Notes: generated by a model not told the origin, from the sequence alone. 64,000 nucleotides of DNA from Vicugna vicugna (GCA_013265495.1 MU062166.1:2944088-3008087), one strand, 5' to 3'. Shown: positions 1 through 12,048, numbered from the stretch's first letter. Translations and numbers: made by a program.

Positions 1-250
1 AACCACGGGTGTGAGATTCTGGCCGGGGCGCTGCACCTGCAGGTGCTTCCTGCAGATGTTCTGCTGGGGAGCACTTCCCTCCCTCTCCGTGCAACCCTCT
101 GGCTGCAGTGTCCTCCAGCATCTACTCGGAGCAGGGCAGTGGCCTGGACCAGGGCAGTGGCCCACTGTGGAGGGGCAGAGAGATGGCAGAGTCAAGCGTC
201 ATTTGGAAATAGAATCCATAGGACTTGATGGATGGTTGCAGGTGGAAGAC

Positions 251-750
251 TGTTAGTTGTTGCTGTGTAAGAGATCACTCAAAACTTAGCAGTGAGCACA
301 ACAATCAGCATTTGTTATCTCCTGGTTTTTATGGATCAGGAATTTGGGAGGGGCTTAGCTGGGTGGTTCTGGCTCAGGGTCTCTCTGAGGCTGCAGTCAG
401 CATTGGCTGGAGCTGCCATCATCTGAAGGCTTGACTGGAGCCAGAAGACCCTCCTTCAAGGTGACTCATGGACATGGCTGGCAAATTAATGCTGGCTCTT
501 TGTGGGGGGTTAACGCTTGGCTCCTGCCCACATGGGCCTCTCTGTAGGGCTACTGTGTCCTCAGAATGGCTGATCCAAGAGAGAACGGGGCAGAGGGCAC
601 AGTGACTTCCATGAGCTAGCCTTGGAGTCATAGTCTGTCATTTCTTCCATGTCCCATTGGCTACACAGGTTCACTGTGGGAGGGGCCTGCAGAGGCTGTG
701 GAAGCCAGGAGGTAAGACTCACTGGGCCATCTTGGAGGCTGTTTACCACA
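251..750 (-). mobile_element. MaLR solo LTR, MLT1 (F/G-like), inserted in an L2 remnant (~170-250 and ~751-880)
   Basis: Begins TGTTAGTTGTTGCTGTGTAAG..CAAAACTTAGC and ends GGCCATCTTGGAGGCTGTTTACCACA, the reverse complement of MLT1 termini; degenerate 5-bp TSD AAGAC/GAGGC. Confidence 0.85.
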
Positions 751-984
751 GAGGCCTTGAGGTGGATGGAATCAGGAATGATACCTAGATTTTTGGCTGA
801 GTGGCTGGGTGAATGGTGGTGCCATTTATTGGTAGGTGAGCATGTTTGGGTGAAGATTGGTGGGAATCAGGACCCATTTGGAAGACTTGACCTCTGCACC
901 ACTTCCCTGGCTTCAGGCTTTGGGGAAACTTTCTCAGGGCTTAGTTCTCATCTATCTCTTGAACTCACTCCATGTCAGCCTCAT

Positions 985-1135
985 GGACCAGGAGTTAAGA
1001 ACCAGGAATTCTTAGGTTCAAATTCCAGCTTAGCCACTTAGTGGCTGTGTGTCCTTGGGCCAGATACTTGGCCTCTCTGGGCTTGTTTCCTCATCTGCAA
1101 AAGAAATCCACTTTGTGCGGTGTCGTGAGACTCAG
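985..1135 (+). mobile_element. MIR SINE
   Basis: GGTTCAAATTCCAGCTTAGCCACTTAG..GTGTCCTTGGGC..GTTTCCTCATCTGCAAAA, the MIR core. Confidence 0.8.
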
Positions 1136-2307
1136 ATGATGGAGCTGCAGCACTCAGGCTGGGGCCTGGCTCTCCCTGACCACTTTGCGCCTCAGGTTTT
1201 CCCAGCCCTTCTGTGCGCCCAGTCAGAGCTACATCATAACACACCCAGGTTGCTGGGTGGATTTGACTGGGAAGGATTTCTAAAGAGTCTGTTCAGCTTC
1301 TTTTAAGTAGATGATGCAAAAATTCTGGGGACAGCAGAAGTAATTATTACTCACAGGGAAATGCAAATATTTTTATGAATATCCTATGAAAAATTGGTGC
1401 ATTTTTTTTATGAGCAAGCAGTCCTGTTTATTTCTCTAACAAAATAGCCACAGTTGTGCTTCAGGGGCCAACTTCCCATGCCAGTGGCTTTTCCTGGGAG
1501 TCAGCTCACCTCCCTCCTACTCCCTAACCCTTTCTTTTCTTCTTTAACCCAGAGAAAACATAACGAAGACAAAAGTGACCAATTTTGGGCTTTGCTGAGA
1601 GAAGGGGATTACTTTTGCTGTGAAAAGTTAATTTTTGTGGCCAAACTTTCTCAACTGTGAAAACCAATGTGGGCAAAAGCATAGTAAGCCCGAAAGTACA
1701 TTTGGAAAATGACTTTCCTTGGAAAGGACATTTTTAAGGTCATTAGTGTTTGCAAGAGGACAGGCGGGGTCTGTTTTCTCTTGAAGGAGATGTTCGCTAA
1801 ACTCCTACTAAAGACACAGAGGAGTAGCGGGAAAGAGGGGTAGGCACAGGGAGGAGATGCTTGGGGAGCCAGGATGGGGAGCCAGAGGGCTTAAAATCAT
1901 GTTAGCACCCACCGGGTACCTGGCGCTGTGCTCAGCACACTCTGTTGGACCCTTACAGAGGGCATTTGCTTATTACACCAGTTAGGAGATCGTGGCTCAG
2001 AGAGATTGGGGAGGTGTCCTGTGGTCACTCAGCTGGTGGACAGAGGACTCAGAGGTCCAGCCCCTCCTGTCTGATGAGAGTCCCTGCTCTTTCTATGTTG
2101 CTCTTGGAGAGGGGCTTTTGGTTCAGGGTCAGGATAACTGACACAGTGAGATGTGAGGATTCACACTGCAGGAGAAGGGCTGGGGAGGTTGTGTGCGCCC
2201 TGCCTCTCCTAGGGAAGGTGTTGTGTTCCCATTTTCAGGGAGGAAAATGCAGGTTCAGAAAAGAGTCCAGTGTGTGATGTGGTTTCATTGTTTTAAAATC
2301 CATTTGC

Positions 2308-2468
2308 GGGGAGGTGGGTATAGCTCAAGTGGTAGAGCGCATGCTTAGCATGCACAAGGTCCTGATTTCAATCCCGGGTACCTTCTCCAAAAATAAATTT
2401 AAAAACCCTGATTACTTCTCCCTACCTCCCACCAAAATAAAATAGTTAAATAGTACAATGAAGCAAAT
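2308..2468 (+). mobile_element. Vic-1-type tRNA-Ala-derived SINE (copy 1, long tail)
   Basis: tRNA-Ala head TAGCTCAAGTGGTAGAGCGCATGCTTAGCATGC, A-rich tail, TSD AAAATCCATTTG (2295-2306) / AAAGTCCATTTG (2469-2480). Confidence 0.9.
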
Positions 2469-2811
2469 AAAGTCCATTTGGAAACCACCTCTTCCCTTGT
2501 GGTCCTGCCTCTTGATCTGTTTATCCATCTATTCATCAATGATTTATTGAGCATTTCTTATGTGCCAAGCACTGTTCTGGGTACTCAGGAGACAGCAGAG
2601 AACAAAACAAAGATCCCTGCCCTCGTGAAGCCTGCGTTCTAATGGAAGGAGAGGTGGAGACAGGCAATTAAGTGATAAACAGAATCAATGAGCCACATAG
2701 AATGTTACAAGGTACAGAGGAAATTAAAAATGCAAAGGAAGAGAGAGATCAGGAGAGGCAGGCAGTGGTGCAGGCTGCAGGGTTAGAAAGGGTGACCGGC
2801 AGGTGTTCCTT

Positions 2812-2950
2812 TGGAGGGGTGGACATGCTGTGGAACTAGGTAGAGGTGGTGGCAGCACAGCATGGTGAATGTACTAAGTGCCACTGAGTTGTTCACTTTA
2901 AAGTAGTTAATTTTATGTTATACGAATTTCACTTCAATACATTATATATT
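2812..2950 (+). mobile_element. L1MB/L1MC 3' terminal fragment
   Basis: GTGAATGTACTAAGTGCCACTGAGTTGTTCACTTTAAA..TTTTATGTTATACGAATTTCACTTCAAT, an old L1M 3' end. Confidence 0.75.
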
Positions 2951-3091
2951 AGGGGGAAAAAAGGTGGTCAGGGGCAGTTTCATGGAAAAAGTGATATTTG
3001 TGCAGAAGCCTAGAAGGGGAAGGTGTTCATGCCGAGGATGTTTTCTCCCAGGGAGAGGGAGGAGTGTTCCAGGCAGAGGGAACAGCAAGAG

Positions 3092-3273
3092 CAGATGAAC
3101 TCCGGCGAACTATGACCTCGGGGCCAGATCGCTGGGGCCAAATCCCCAGGGCCAACAGCCTGCTGTTTTTGTAATAAAGTTTTATTGGAATATAGCCATG
3201 TTCATTTGTTTACATACTGTCTGTGACCCAGAGGCTTCATCTGGCTGTTTTCAGAAAAAGTTGCGAACTCCTG
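3092..3273 (+). mobile_element. MER58-like hAT-Charlie MITE
   Basis: TGTTTTTGTAATAAAGTTTTATTGGAATATAGCCATG..CAGAAAAAGTTGCGAACTCCTG; 8-bp TSD AGCAAGAG/AGTGAGAG. Confidence 0.8.
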
Positions 3274-3611
3274 AGTGAGAGCAAAGGTCCTCAGTTGGGA
3301 AGGTGCCGGGGTGTCTGATGAAGGTGAGGAGAGTGAGGCTGGAGTGAGTGAAGGAGGGAAGCAGGTGAGGTCAGAGAGACCACGGGGCCAAATCATGTAG
3401 CTCTCCTGCATGGCTTCCCTGTGGCACCCCTGGCGAATGTCAGGACAGATGCTGACATCATGCTGATGGGGAAATGTGTGCAAGTGTGTGTATTGTGGGG
3501 GGTGCTGTGGTAGGGTGGAGATATTGCTGAACTTGGGAGTCATAAGACCTGAGCTTTAGACCTGCTGCCTGTCCCTTGCCAGCTCTGTGTCCTGTCATCT
3601 CATTTGCAAAA

Positions 3612-3794
3612 GTGATGGTGGTGGTGGTAGTGGTAGTGGAATGATGGTGGTGATGTTGATGGTGGTGATGTTGATGGTAGTGATGCTAATGATGGTGGTG
3701 ATGGTAATGGCGGTAGTGGGGTGACAGTGGTGATGGTAATGATGGTGGTAGTGGGCATGGGGATGGTGGTGATGATAATGGCGGTGGTGATGAT
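3612..3794. repeat. Degenerate (GGT/GAT)n simple repeat
   Basis: Run of GGT/GAT/GTA triplets between two MIR fragments. Confidence 0.9.
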
Positions 3795-6700
3795 ATTGGC
3801 TACACTTAGTGAGCTCCTACTCTGCTAGGCTCTTGCACACTTGGCTCTAGTCCTTAACACAGGAAGACAAATTGGGTAGCAGCATCTTCATTTGCAGGAG
3901 AAAACTCTGAGTGATTTAGGAAAGGCTCCACAGTGAGTGTGTGGCAGGGCTGGGATAGCAGGCTGTGATCACCACTTATCATATTGCAGTGAAGAGGCCT
4001 CGAGGCAGTGGGCGTGAGAACCCCGGATAAGCACACTGTCACTCCAGGGCAGCAGCCTTTGGTGGTGGTGACCCAGTCTGCGCTGCCCTCTGCAGGAAGG
4101 GTTTCCTGAGAGGGACCAGTTTCCTGAGAGAGACTGTCCCTTGGCCTCACTGCCCTCCCACCACCCCACCACCCCAAATCCACACCAGAAGCCTCTCTCT
4201 CAGTGTGGTGGGGAGGGGCCATGTCCTCCCACCCCGTCCCCATGGCGACCAGCTAGCAGGCCTTGTGTTGGTTTGGGTTTTCCTAATTGAGGTTGTGGGA
4301 TCCTTTTGGTTGTGGCTGAGGTTTTTCTGCTCTGGAAACCTGACTGTGTGGTGTGGCCATGAGGTGGGGCCTGGAGGTGCCGGGACCTGCCCGCAGGCCA
4401 CAGGCCGCACAAGCCCCGTGCCGCCCCCAACGCCTCATACCACTTCAACACTGCACTTCCTTTGAAGAACATCCTGGAGGTTTTAGGTTCTTGTCGCTGA
4501 CAGCTGTGGCACCACGAAACGTTCCATGGTCAGGATAGCTGTGTGTCTTTGCCTCCCCATGTCTGGTCCCACAGAGGGCGGGGCCGGCCCGGAGGCCTGG
4601 GGCGCCGTAGTGCACCACTCTGATCTGCCCACCGCGGTTTGTGCCCACCCTCCTGGTGGGGTCCCTGTGAACAACGGAAGCCCCAGCTAAGCTGCCGAGT
4701 TCAGCTCACAGGGTTAACAGGGCCCGGAAAGACTTTCAGTCTCTCCCCACTCCTCTTCCTCCTGAGTTTGGGCAGGGTGCTCCCTGGCCTGGCTGCGTCT
4801 GCATCAGAGTGTCAGCCTTTTGAATAGAGCTGGGGCTTCATCCTGCATTCTGAGCCCATCCCTTGGTCTCTGCGGTGGTAGGGAGGGTCAGTGCCCCCTC
4901 GAGGTGAAGGTGGTGGTGGTGGTGTTAGGCCAGGGAAAGCACTTTTGGGTGGGGAGAGGCTCTGTGCCCCCAGACCTGCCTCCTCCCTCTCTTGCCCACC
5001 CCCTGGGGTCCTATGTCCAGCTCGGAAGGCTCTGGACACAGTTGAAGACACTAGGGCTACCTGATGCTTCCTGCCCCGAGGAACCTTGGACCCGGCTGCC
5101 CAGCATCAGCGGCACAGTTCCCATCTCAGAAGCTTCTGGACCAGTGATACCTTTGGTGTTATGTTTTCTTCTAAACATTTCCATCAGTGGATAGTTATAG
5201 GGGTGTCCCCACCTGGGGCCACCAGATCCTGACCTCCCAGCTCGAGCACTCTGGGACAGTGGGGTAACCAAGGAGCAGAGGGCAGGGGAGGAAAGAGAAG
5301 GAGTCACCTTGATTCTGGGGCATCCAGGAAGCTTCACAGAGGAGGGTGCCCTGAGGCAGAAACCCTGTGAGTACTGGATATTTCCAGAAAGTGAGACCTA
5401 CAAAAACAGAATGAGGCCCCTAGCCCTGTGTTTGCAAGCTCCACCCCCCACTGCCCCACCTATCTGATCAGCTCTCTTATTATCTGTACCTACCGGATCT
5501 TAAAGAAGAACTCTTTTGGAGAATAGGGTTCTTCTGCCCTGCCCTGGCACCCCCCACCCCCTCCCATCCCAGTTGAGAAAGCGAGGCCCAGAGGGGTGGG
5601 CCCGTCTCCCTTTGACAGTGGTTGCCAAGTGCGCTGGGTTGGAGAAAGTCCCCTGCAGGCTGAGGTCACCTCTAGTACATGTATCCCTTTTGAAAAGGCT
5701 TGAGTCACTCAGTGACGCAGCTCTGACTGGCCCTATAATTGGGATCTTGCCTTGTTTGGGGCTGCACAAAAAGAGACTGAACGAACGAGATGCCACACAC
5801 CCTCCCTATCAGCTTCAGCTGTGGGTACCACTCTGGGGACGCCACTCTGGCGGTGGCGAATGTGGCAGGGCCCAGGTGGATGGGACAGAAATATTGGTGG
5901 CAGGGAGAGCAAGCGTAGGAAGAAGCAGACACAGGGGTCACCTCCCTCATCAGGAAAACCGGCCTCCTCCGCTTTGCCTGTGGCCTCTGAGAACACCCAC
6001 GGCTTCCCTGTGGTGATATTTTCTGGAAAGCCAGCCCTGCTGGCAGCGCTGTGGAAACTGAGTCCTAAAAGCTCACCTGGGAAGAAAGGAATTGAACAGA
6101 CTCTTTAGCTCCACAGACGTCACAGGCGAACTTGTAACAGTACCTTCCACTTGACTGGCTGGAGTGCGTGAGTCATCAGCCTCTGTGGCTGGGAACACAG
6201 AGAGCGGTCCTTCCCACGTTCAGTCAGTAGGAGACTCAAGAACCTCCCAGACCTTGATCCAAATGCATTGAGAGCAGCTGCTCCAGTATTCATGGTTCTC
6301 ACCCACCGCCCCCTCCAGATGTGTATTCTAAAGACCTGCTTTGCAGCACAATTTGAATTTCTAACACCTTTGGTCCCTGGCATTAGCATGACCTTTCCCG
6401 GTATCATGGCCCCTGGTGACCCAGAGCCATTCCCTGGGAGGGGCTCTGAGATGGGAAGGAAGGGGCCCTGCTGGGCAGCCGGGGGCCCTTGTAGCCCAGG
6501 CCCTCTGTACCCCATGTCCTTCTGCCTTTAACCAGCAGTTTCCTAAACTGTTTTGCAAGGAAGGGTGGCCGTTTCTGTGGTTTCGCTTGTGTTCCCACTG
6601 GCCATGCCTGCTACTCCCTGGGGGTTCCGCTCTGAAAGAGCAAACTTCACTCAGCCCCACCGACCCGCCCCATCCGCAAGGGCCAGAACTAACTGATAGG

Positions 6701-6848
6701 GTTGTTTCAGAGTCTAGGCTGGCCCACGACATGTGGCCTGGAGAGAAACGATGAGTAAGCCAATCAGATTTGCTCCTTGGGGCTGCGGAGTCAGGAGTCC
6801 GGCAGACGGGCAGGGAGGGGGCTGCGGGGTCCAGAGGACTAGGGGCCT

Positions 6849-7641
6849 TGATGACTGCAACAATTCTGATACTGGCTACCCCGGAGTGAGCCAAGACTGC
6901 ACAGACGGAGCACAGTCCCCACAAGACTGTCCTCACTTCAGACCCGAGCCACGAGTTTGGGAGTCCCCAGACACACACACTTCTGAAAACTGGCTACAAA
7001 GTTTGAGGGACTCCCCCATCTCCCCGTCAGTTTTGATGATTCACTAGGAGGACTCACAGAGCTCAGGAGAGTGCTGTTCCCAATCTTATTCGAGCAAAAG
7101 GATACAAATATGAACCAGTGAAAGGGGGAGATGCACAGGGCCAGGTCTGCAAGGAACACGTCACCCTCCCCGTACAGCAGTATATGGTCACCAACCAGGA
7201 TGTTCACCCAAGCCTGGTGCCCAGAGTTTTCACTGGGCTTTTATCACTCGAATCATTGGCCACATGGCTGAGCTCAATCCGCAGCACCCTTCCCCTCCCT
7301 GGAGTTTGGATACCATCGTATGGCTGGAAGCCCCAACCCTCTAGCCCCATGGGTGGTCACTCTGGCATGGCCAGCCCCAGCCTGAGTCATCTCATTAGCT
7401 TAAACTCAGGTATGGCTCTGGGGCCCCTCATGCGTAAAATCCACACCCCCCATCATTAAAGAAATTCCAAGGACTTGGAGGTCACCTCCCAGGAAGCAGG
7501 GACAAGGTCAAGTTGTTCATTTTTAAAAAAAATGTTTGATGGAGGGGTAGGTAGGGATTGAACCCAGGACCTTGTGCATGCTAGGCATACACGCTACCAC
7601 TGAGCTACACCCTTCCCCCTCAAGTTCTTCATTATACAACA
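6849..7641 (-). mobile_element. MER21-family ERVL solo LTR
   Basis: Reverse complement begins TGTTGTATAAT..CCTTGTCCCTGCTTCCTGG..CTTGGAATTTC..CCTGAGTTTAAGCTAATGAGATGACT, as in MER21B/C. Confidence 0.8.
7521..7619 (-). mobile_element. Vic-1-type SINE (copy 2, short tail) inside MER21
   Basis: GGGATTGAACCCAGGACC..CTACCACTGAGCTACACCC; 13-bp TSD TCAAGTTGTTCAT (7508-7520) / TCAAGTTCTTCAT (7620-7632). Confidence 0.9.
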
Positions 7642-8562
7642 GCTGATTGGCTCCATGCAAAAAGGAGAGTAAGCCGGTCATGGTCTGCAGAGAAGCAGGT
7701 GGAGAAATGAGAGGCAGAGGCACCCTAGGTTCGCCATGTCTCCACGGCCTTCCTGTTCCCACAAACCCAGCTGCTCTTGACTGCCTCTCATTAGATTCTT
7801 ACAGGCCCCTGTGATCCTGGTAATAACCTCCCTCTTTGTGGGTCAGCTTGAATAAGTCTCTCTTCCTGCTAACCTCGGCTAGAACCACACTCACCAACAC
7901 AGTTTTCTGAATTGAACTGAGAAGTCTGTCTTGGAGGAGCGTGGTCCATGGGGAAACAGCCTCCACTTCCTCGGGGCCCACAAAACACATCAGGTCCTCT
8001 ACAGATGCCAGTGTGCCCATCTCCAGGGATGATTCTCTCCGTCTGGAATCCATAGAACAATAAAAGTCCAAAGGCCAGCAGAATGGGATGAGGCACCCAG
8101 GAAGTATAAGGTGGATGCACTGATGATCCGGGTGGGTTAGAGGTGAGTCCTGCCTCCTCCCTAGGGAGCCAGCCCAGGGCTTGGTGCTGGGAGTGGTGGG
8201 GCGGGTCCCTGAGGCCGTCTCACTAACCTGCACTCCCCAAGGCCACAGGTGAGCTCTTCTCCAGCATCTCCCTGTGGCTTTCTGGAAACAGCTGGGTCCT
8301 CATCCAGTTTGCCCTCCTGCCCTGGCGAGTGGCCAGGGAAGTGGCTCTGTGGGCATCATGTGAGAAGAATGCTCAAGTCAGGTGGGGGATGGGGACCTGG
8401 CTTCCTGTCAGAGTCAGATCCCAGGATCACCGAATTTGGCCAAACCTTGTGTGTATTTTCAGATGCTTCTAGAAGTATGCAGGGCAGAAGTAACAAATCA
8501 GAGAGAGAGAAATTCCAGTAAAGAGTGGTCCCATCGTCCCGTTTCCCACAGGACGTTCAAGG

Positions 8563-8738
8563 ACTCTCTCAAACTTGAGTGCATCAGAATTACTGGAAGG
8601 CTTGTTAAAACAGACCACTGTGCCCCCTCGCAGAGTTGCTGACTCAGTAGGTCTAAGGTGGGCCCCAGGATTTTGCATTTCTAACAGACTCCCCAGTGAG
8701 GCTGGTGCCGCCTGTCCAGGGACCACTAGGAACCACTG
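8563..8738 (-). mobile_element. MER5A hAT-Charlie MITE
   Basis: CTCAAACTTGAGTGCATCAGAAT..GCATTTCTAAC..GGAACCACTG; perfect 8-bp TSD GTTCAAGG (8555-8562 / 8739-8746). Confidence 0.9.
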
Positions 8739-8854
8739 GTTCAAGGGCGTGAAGGAAGGAAGCCCTTTCCAACAGGTGCATAGTGTCCCTCAGCTTCCCC
8801 CAGGGGACCTTTCTCTGACCAACTGCTTGATTGTCGCCAGGGAGGAAGAGAACA

Positions 8855-9040
8855 TTAGACTAGAAGTCAGGACGCCTGGGCTCCGGTTCAGGGGTGACAC
8901 AAACTGCTTTTGAGTGACTTGAGGCAAGGTTCTTACCTTTCTGAGACTCTGTTTCCTCACTTGACAATGGGTCCAATAACAGGACCTACCTCGGGTGGTT
9001 GCTGTGAGGATTAAATGAGAGGACGTCTTAGAAAACTGTT
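8855..9040 (+). mobile_element. MIR SINE
   Basis: GTGACTTGAGGCAAG..CTGTTTCCTCACTTGACAATGGG..GTGAGGATTAAATGAG. Confidence 0.85.
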
Positions 9041-10529
9041 CCCTGACCCTGGAATGGGAATGCCGCACTTTAACTTCCAAATCAGATATACTGTAAGATT
9101 GCCTAGAAGTTCAGGGTCAGTTGTTTTGCAAAGGGCTGTCCCACCCATCCCATCTTCCAAGGATGGCGCAAGAAGCCCTCAGGCTCAAAGGAGTCCAGCA
9201 AATAAGACTTCAGACCACTGGGGTCACCGCTGTTGCTGATTTTATCAGTGTCCTTTGGAGGAGGGGTCCGTGTGGCAGCCGCACTCCCCTGTGCCAGGCT
9301 GGTCCCGGGTCCCTCGCTGCTCAGAGTCACCGGGCCGCCCCTCCACCCCACCCCCTGCCACAGGGGCAGAGCCTTCCTGGAGAGCAGAACGTCCCCACCA
9401 CGCTCTCCCTCTCCTTCTCAGCCTTCAAAGCATGAACACCTCCCTGGAAAACAGTAAAAACAACAGGAATAACAGCCAGTTTCTCCCCCCACAATGACAG
9501 TTTTCTCATGGCAGTTTTTTTGGGTGATCCTTTCAGTTCTTGCCTGGGGCGTCCATGGGATCAAAAGAAACGTCAGTTAGTTTCTCAGTAACCCCGCCCG
9601 TTAGGTGTGTTAGGTGTGCTTGGCCTGTGCTTGAGACACCATAGCTATTTATTACTTTGCTTTTTGCCCCAAGTCCTGCGCTCCACCTTCCTTCACTCCC
9701 TTCACCCACCTGCTAGGACAAGTTCCACCAGCCACTCTCCCTCCTCCAGCCCCTGCCACTCCCTTGTCACACTCCCCTCAGCCCACCTGGGGTGCGCCTG
9801 CAGGAGGTCATTACTGGCAGCTGAGGGGGGACCCTGGGGGCTGAAGAGAGTAGAAGTGATTCGACAAGCAACTTCCTCCCTGGAGGTTGCTCCCTCCTGA
9901 GGGGCCAGCTGGAGCCCAAGGCTCTGAATCAGAGGAACACTGCATCTTCGTGTCGCCAGCCTTTCTCCAGGTTTTGCTTGGACTCTTGCTCACTCCAGGA
10001 GAGAGACCTGCCACCCTGTCCTTCGGTGCCTTTCCCAGAGCCGTGAGCAGGCAGAGTTCAGCCCGTGTCCCCGACCTGTCATCATGGCTTCTTCCCACCT
10101 CTGGTAGGAGCCCTCTTGTCTGGCTCCTGGCCTCTGTTGTTGCCATCCCGGCCCTGGCAGGAGCCTTCCTCCTCCAGGCAGCCCCCCATCTGCCAGGCCA
10201 TACCCAGACAGTCTTGCTCGGCTCTTTGAAGCATGGGATGAGCCGGTTGTCTGCAAAGGTAGGCACTCGGTCCTCTTGACCATCTCATTTCCAGCACAGG
10301 AAGGTGAACTGTGGGCAGCAGGGGCTGGTCAGTAAAGCAAATAAAGCCCAGGGATGCCCGAGACAGGAAGTGGCTGCTAGTCAGTGTGGGTAGGAGAAGA
10401 TACATGTTCCTGTTTGAGTGTGTGGTCCATTCAGTGGCCCTGTTAATTCCTCTCCCTGAGCCTCAAGATTTTTATCTGTGAAATGGGACTACTGCTATCT
10501 TAATGAGGACCAAGTATGTAGCACCCAGT

Positions 10530-10770
10530 TCAGTCATTCAGTCAGTCAGTTCAAACATTCATTTATCTTGTCAGTCAATATACTTACAGGCTTGCAGTTG
10601 TCCGGGCCACTTGTGTTGGCTGCCCCATCCTCTGGAAGGACATGCGGCAGGTCTGGGCTGAGCTGGGAGTGGGTTAGGGGCCAGACGAGGGGTCTGCCTC
10701 TCAAGGGAAGCCCTGGAAGAGGCATTAGAGTGGGGGCTTGAAGAAGGAGCAGGGCTTCAGCAGGCAGAAG
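10530..10770 (-). mobile_element. L2 3' end fragment
   Basis: CATTCAGTCAGTCAGTTCAAACATTCATTTATC..GAAGGAGCAGGGCTTCAG. Confidence 0.65.
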
Positions 10771-10771
10771 G

Positions 10772-11155
10772 GTCAGTTCTGGCGGTCAGAAGTCTGACCT
10801 TGGTCTCACTGGGTTAAAATTGTGGTGTTGGCAGGGCTCTGTTCTTTCTGGAGACCCTAGGGGAGAATCTGAGTCCTTGCCTTGTCCAGTTTCTAGAAGC
10901 CACCTGTATTTCTTGGCTCATGGCCCCTTCCTTCAAAGCCAGCGATGGCTGGTCTGGTCTTTTTCACATCACTCTGAGCTGACTCTCCGACCTCCGCTTC
11001 CACAGTTCAGGACTCTGCGGTTGCATCGAGTCCACCCAGATCATCCAGGATAATGTCCCTATCATGATCCTTAATTCTGTCTGCAGCCTTAATTCCCTTT
11101 GCCACATAACCTAGCATATTCACAGGTACCAGGAATTAAGGGACACTTTTGCCCA
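10772..11155 (-). mobile_element. MLT1 (C/D-like) MaLR LTR
   Basis: CAGTTCTGGCGGTCAGAAGTC..GGTCTCACTGGGTTAAAAT..CCAGATCATCCAGGATAAT..CATATTCACAGGT. Confidence 0.85.
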
Positions 11156-11474
11156 GGTAGTCCCTGCCCTGTTCTGGGGGCTGAGGAGGTGAGGAGGAAG
11201 AAAGCCCAGGTGGGGTCCAGAAGTCTGCATCCTTGGCCTGGGGCAGCGCTCAGGTAGCTGTGTGGTACCCACCCACCCTTCATAACTCCAGCCTCTGCGT
11301 CACATCCTCCAGGTGACTTTGACTCACTTTTCCCACCTCCCCTACTACCACCACTGTTGCCCCATTACTAGCAAGTCTCCCCCAAGCCCCACACTTTTCC
11401 TGAGTGTTGGTCATGACAGTCATTAAATAAAGCAGCATTTTTCTGTTTCCACACTGGTGATATACCATGATCAC

Positions 11475-11653
11475 TTGATTCTCTGTTGTGGGGGGGGCAC
11501 TGTCCTGTGCACTGTACTATGTTTAACCGCATCTCTGGCCTCGACCTGCTAGATGCCCGTAGCACCCTCACCCAGTTGTGACAACCCAAAATATCTCAAG
11601 ACTCTTCCATATGTCCTCTGGAGGACAAACTGCTCAGTGGTTGGGAACCACTG
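11475..11653 (-). mobile_element. MER20 hAT-Charlie MITE (truncated)
   Basis: CTGTCCTGTGCACTGTA..CTAGATGCCCGTAGCACCC..GTTGTGACAACCCAAAATATCTC..GGGAACCACTG. Confidence 0.85.
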
Positions 11654-12048
11654 AAATCAAGCCTTTGATGTTTGTCTTCCTTACTAGATTGGGCATCCCA
11701 AGAGAGGGGAGCCCTAGAAGGTGACACCCCATTTGTCTTGCCTGTCACTATGTCCCCAGCACCTGCAGAGTGCTTGGCGTTTAGTAGAGCCTCAACACAT
11801 ATTGGTTGAATGAATGAATGAATTTGTGTTAATTTTCTTAATGGATATATTAATCTATAAAAAAGCATGTGTGTGTGTGTGCGCACATGTATGCAAAATA
11901 GATTCCTGTTTCCTTAGACCAGCTACCTAAGAATTGCCTGGAGAGCTTTTAAGAAGTCACATTCCTGGGCTCCAGTTACAGTGTGTCAGGGCTCAGGCTA
12001 ATGGATGCAGCCTGGGAATCTGTATTGTCAAGCAGGCTTCATCATCAG

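Larger units (their letters stand above)
2520..3420 (-). mobile_element. L2 LINE 3' end, interrupted by an L1M fragment and MER58
   Basis: CATTCATCAATGATTTATTGAGC..TATGTGCCAAGCACTGTTCTGG; resumes at GTTCCAGGCAGAGGGAACAGC and after MER58. Confidence 0.8.
6690..7880 (+). mobile_element. Old MLT1-type LTR split by MER21 (pieces ~6690-6830 and ~7642-7880)
   Basis: AGCCAATCAGATT in the left piece; MLT1-like 3' end AATAACCTCCCTCTTTG..AATAAGTCTCTCTTCCTGCTAACC in the right piece. Confidence 0.55.

Noticed and set aside
2308-2385. tRNA-Ala(AGC) genes (this and the eight similar heads)
   Set aside because: All have A-rich tails, most have TSDs, and they show broken stems or indels; they are SINEs, not tRNA genes
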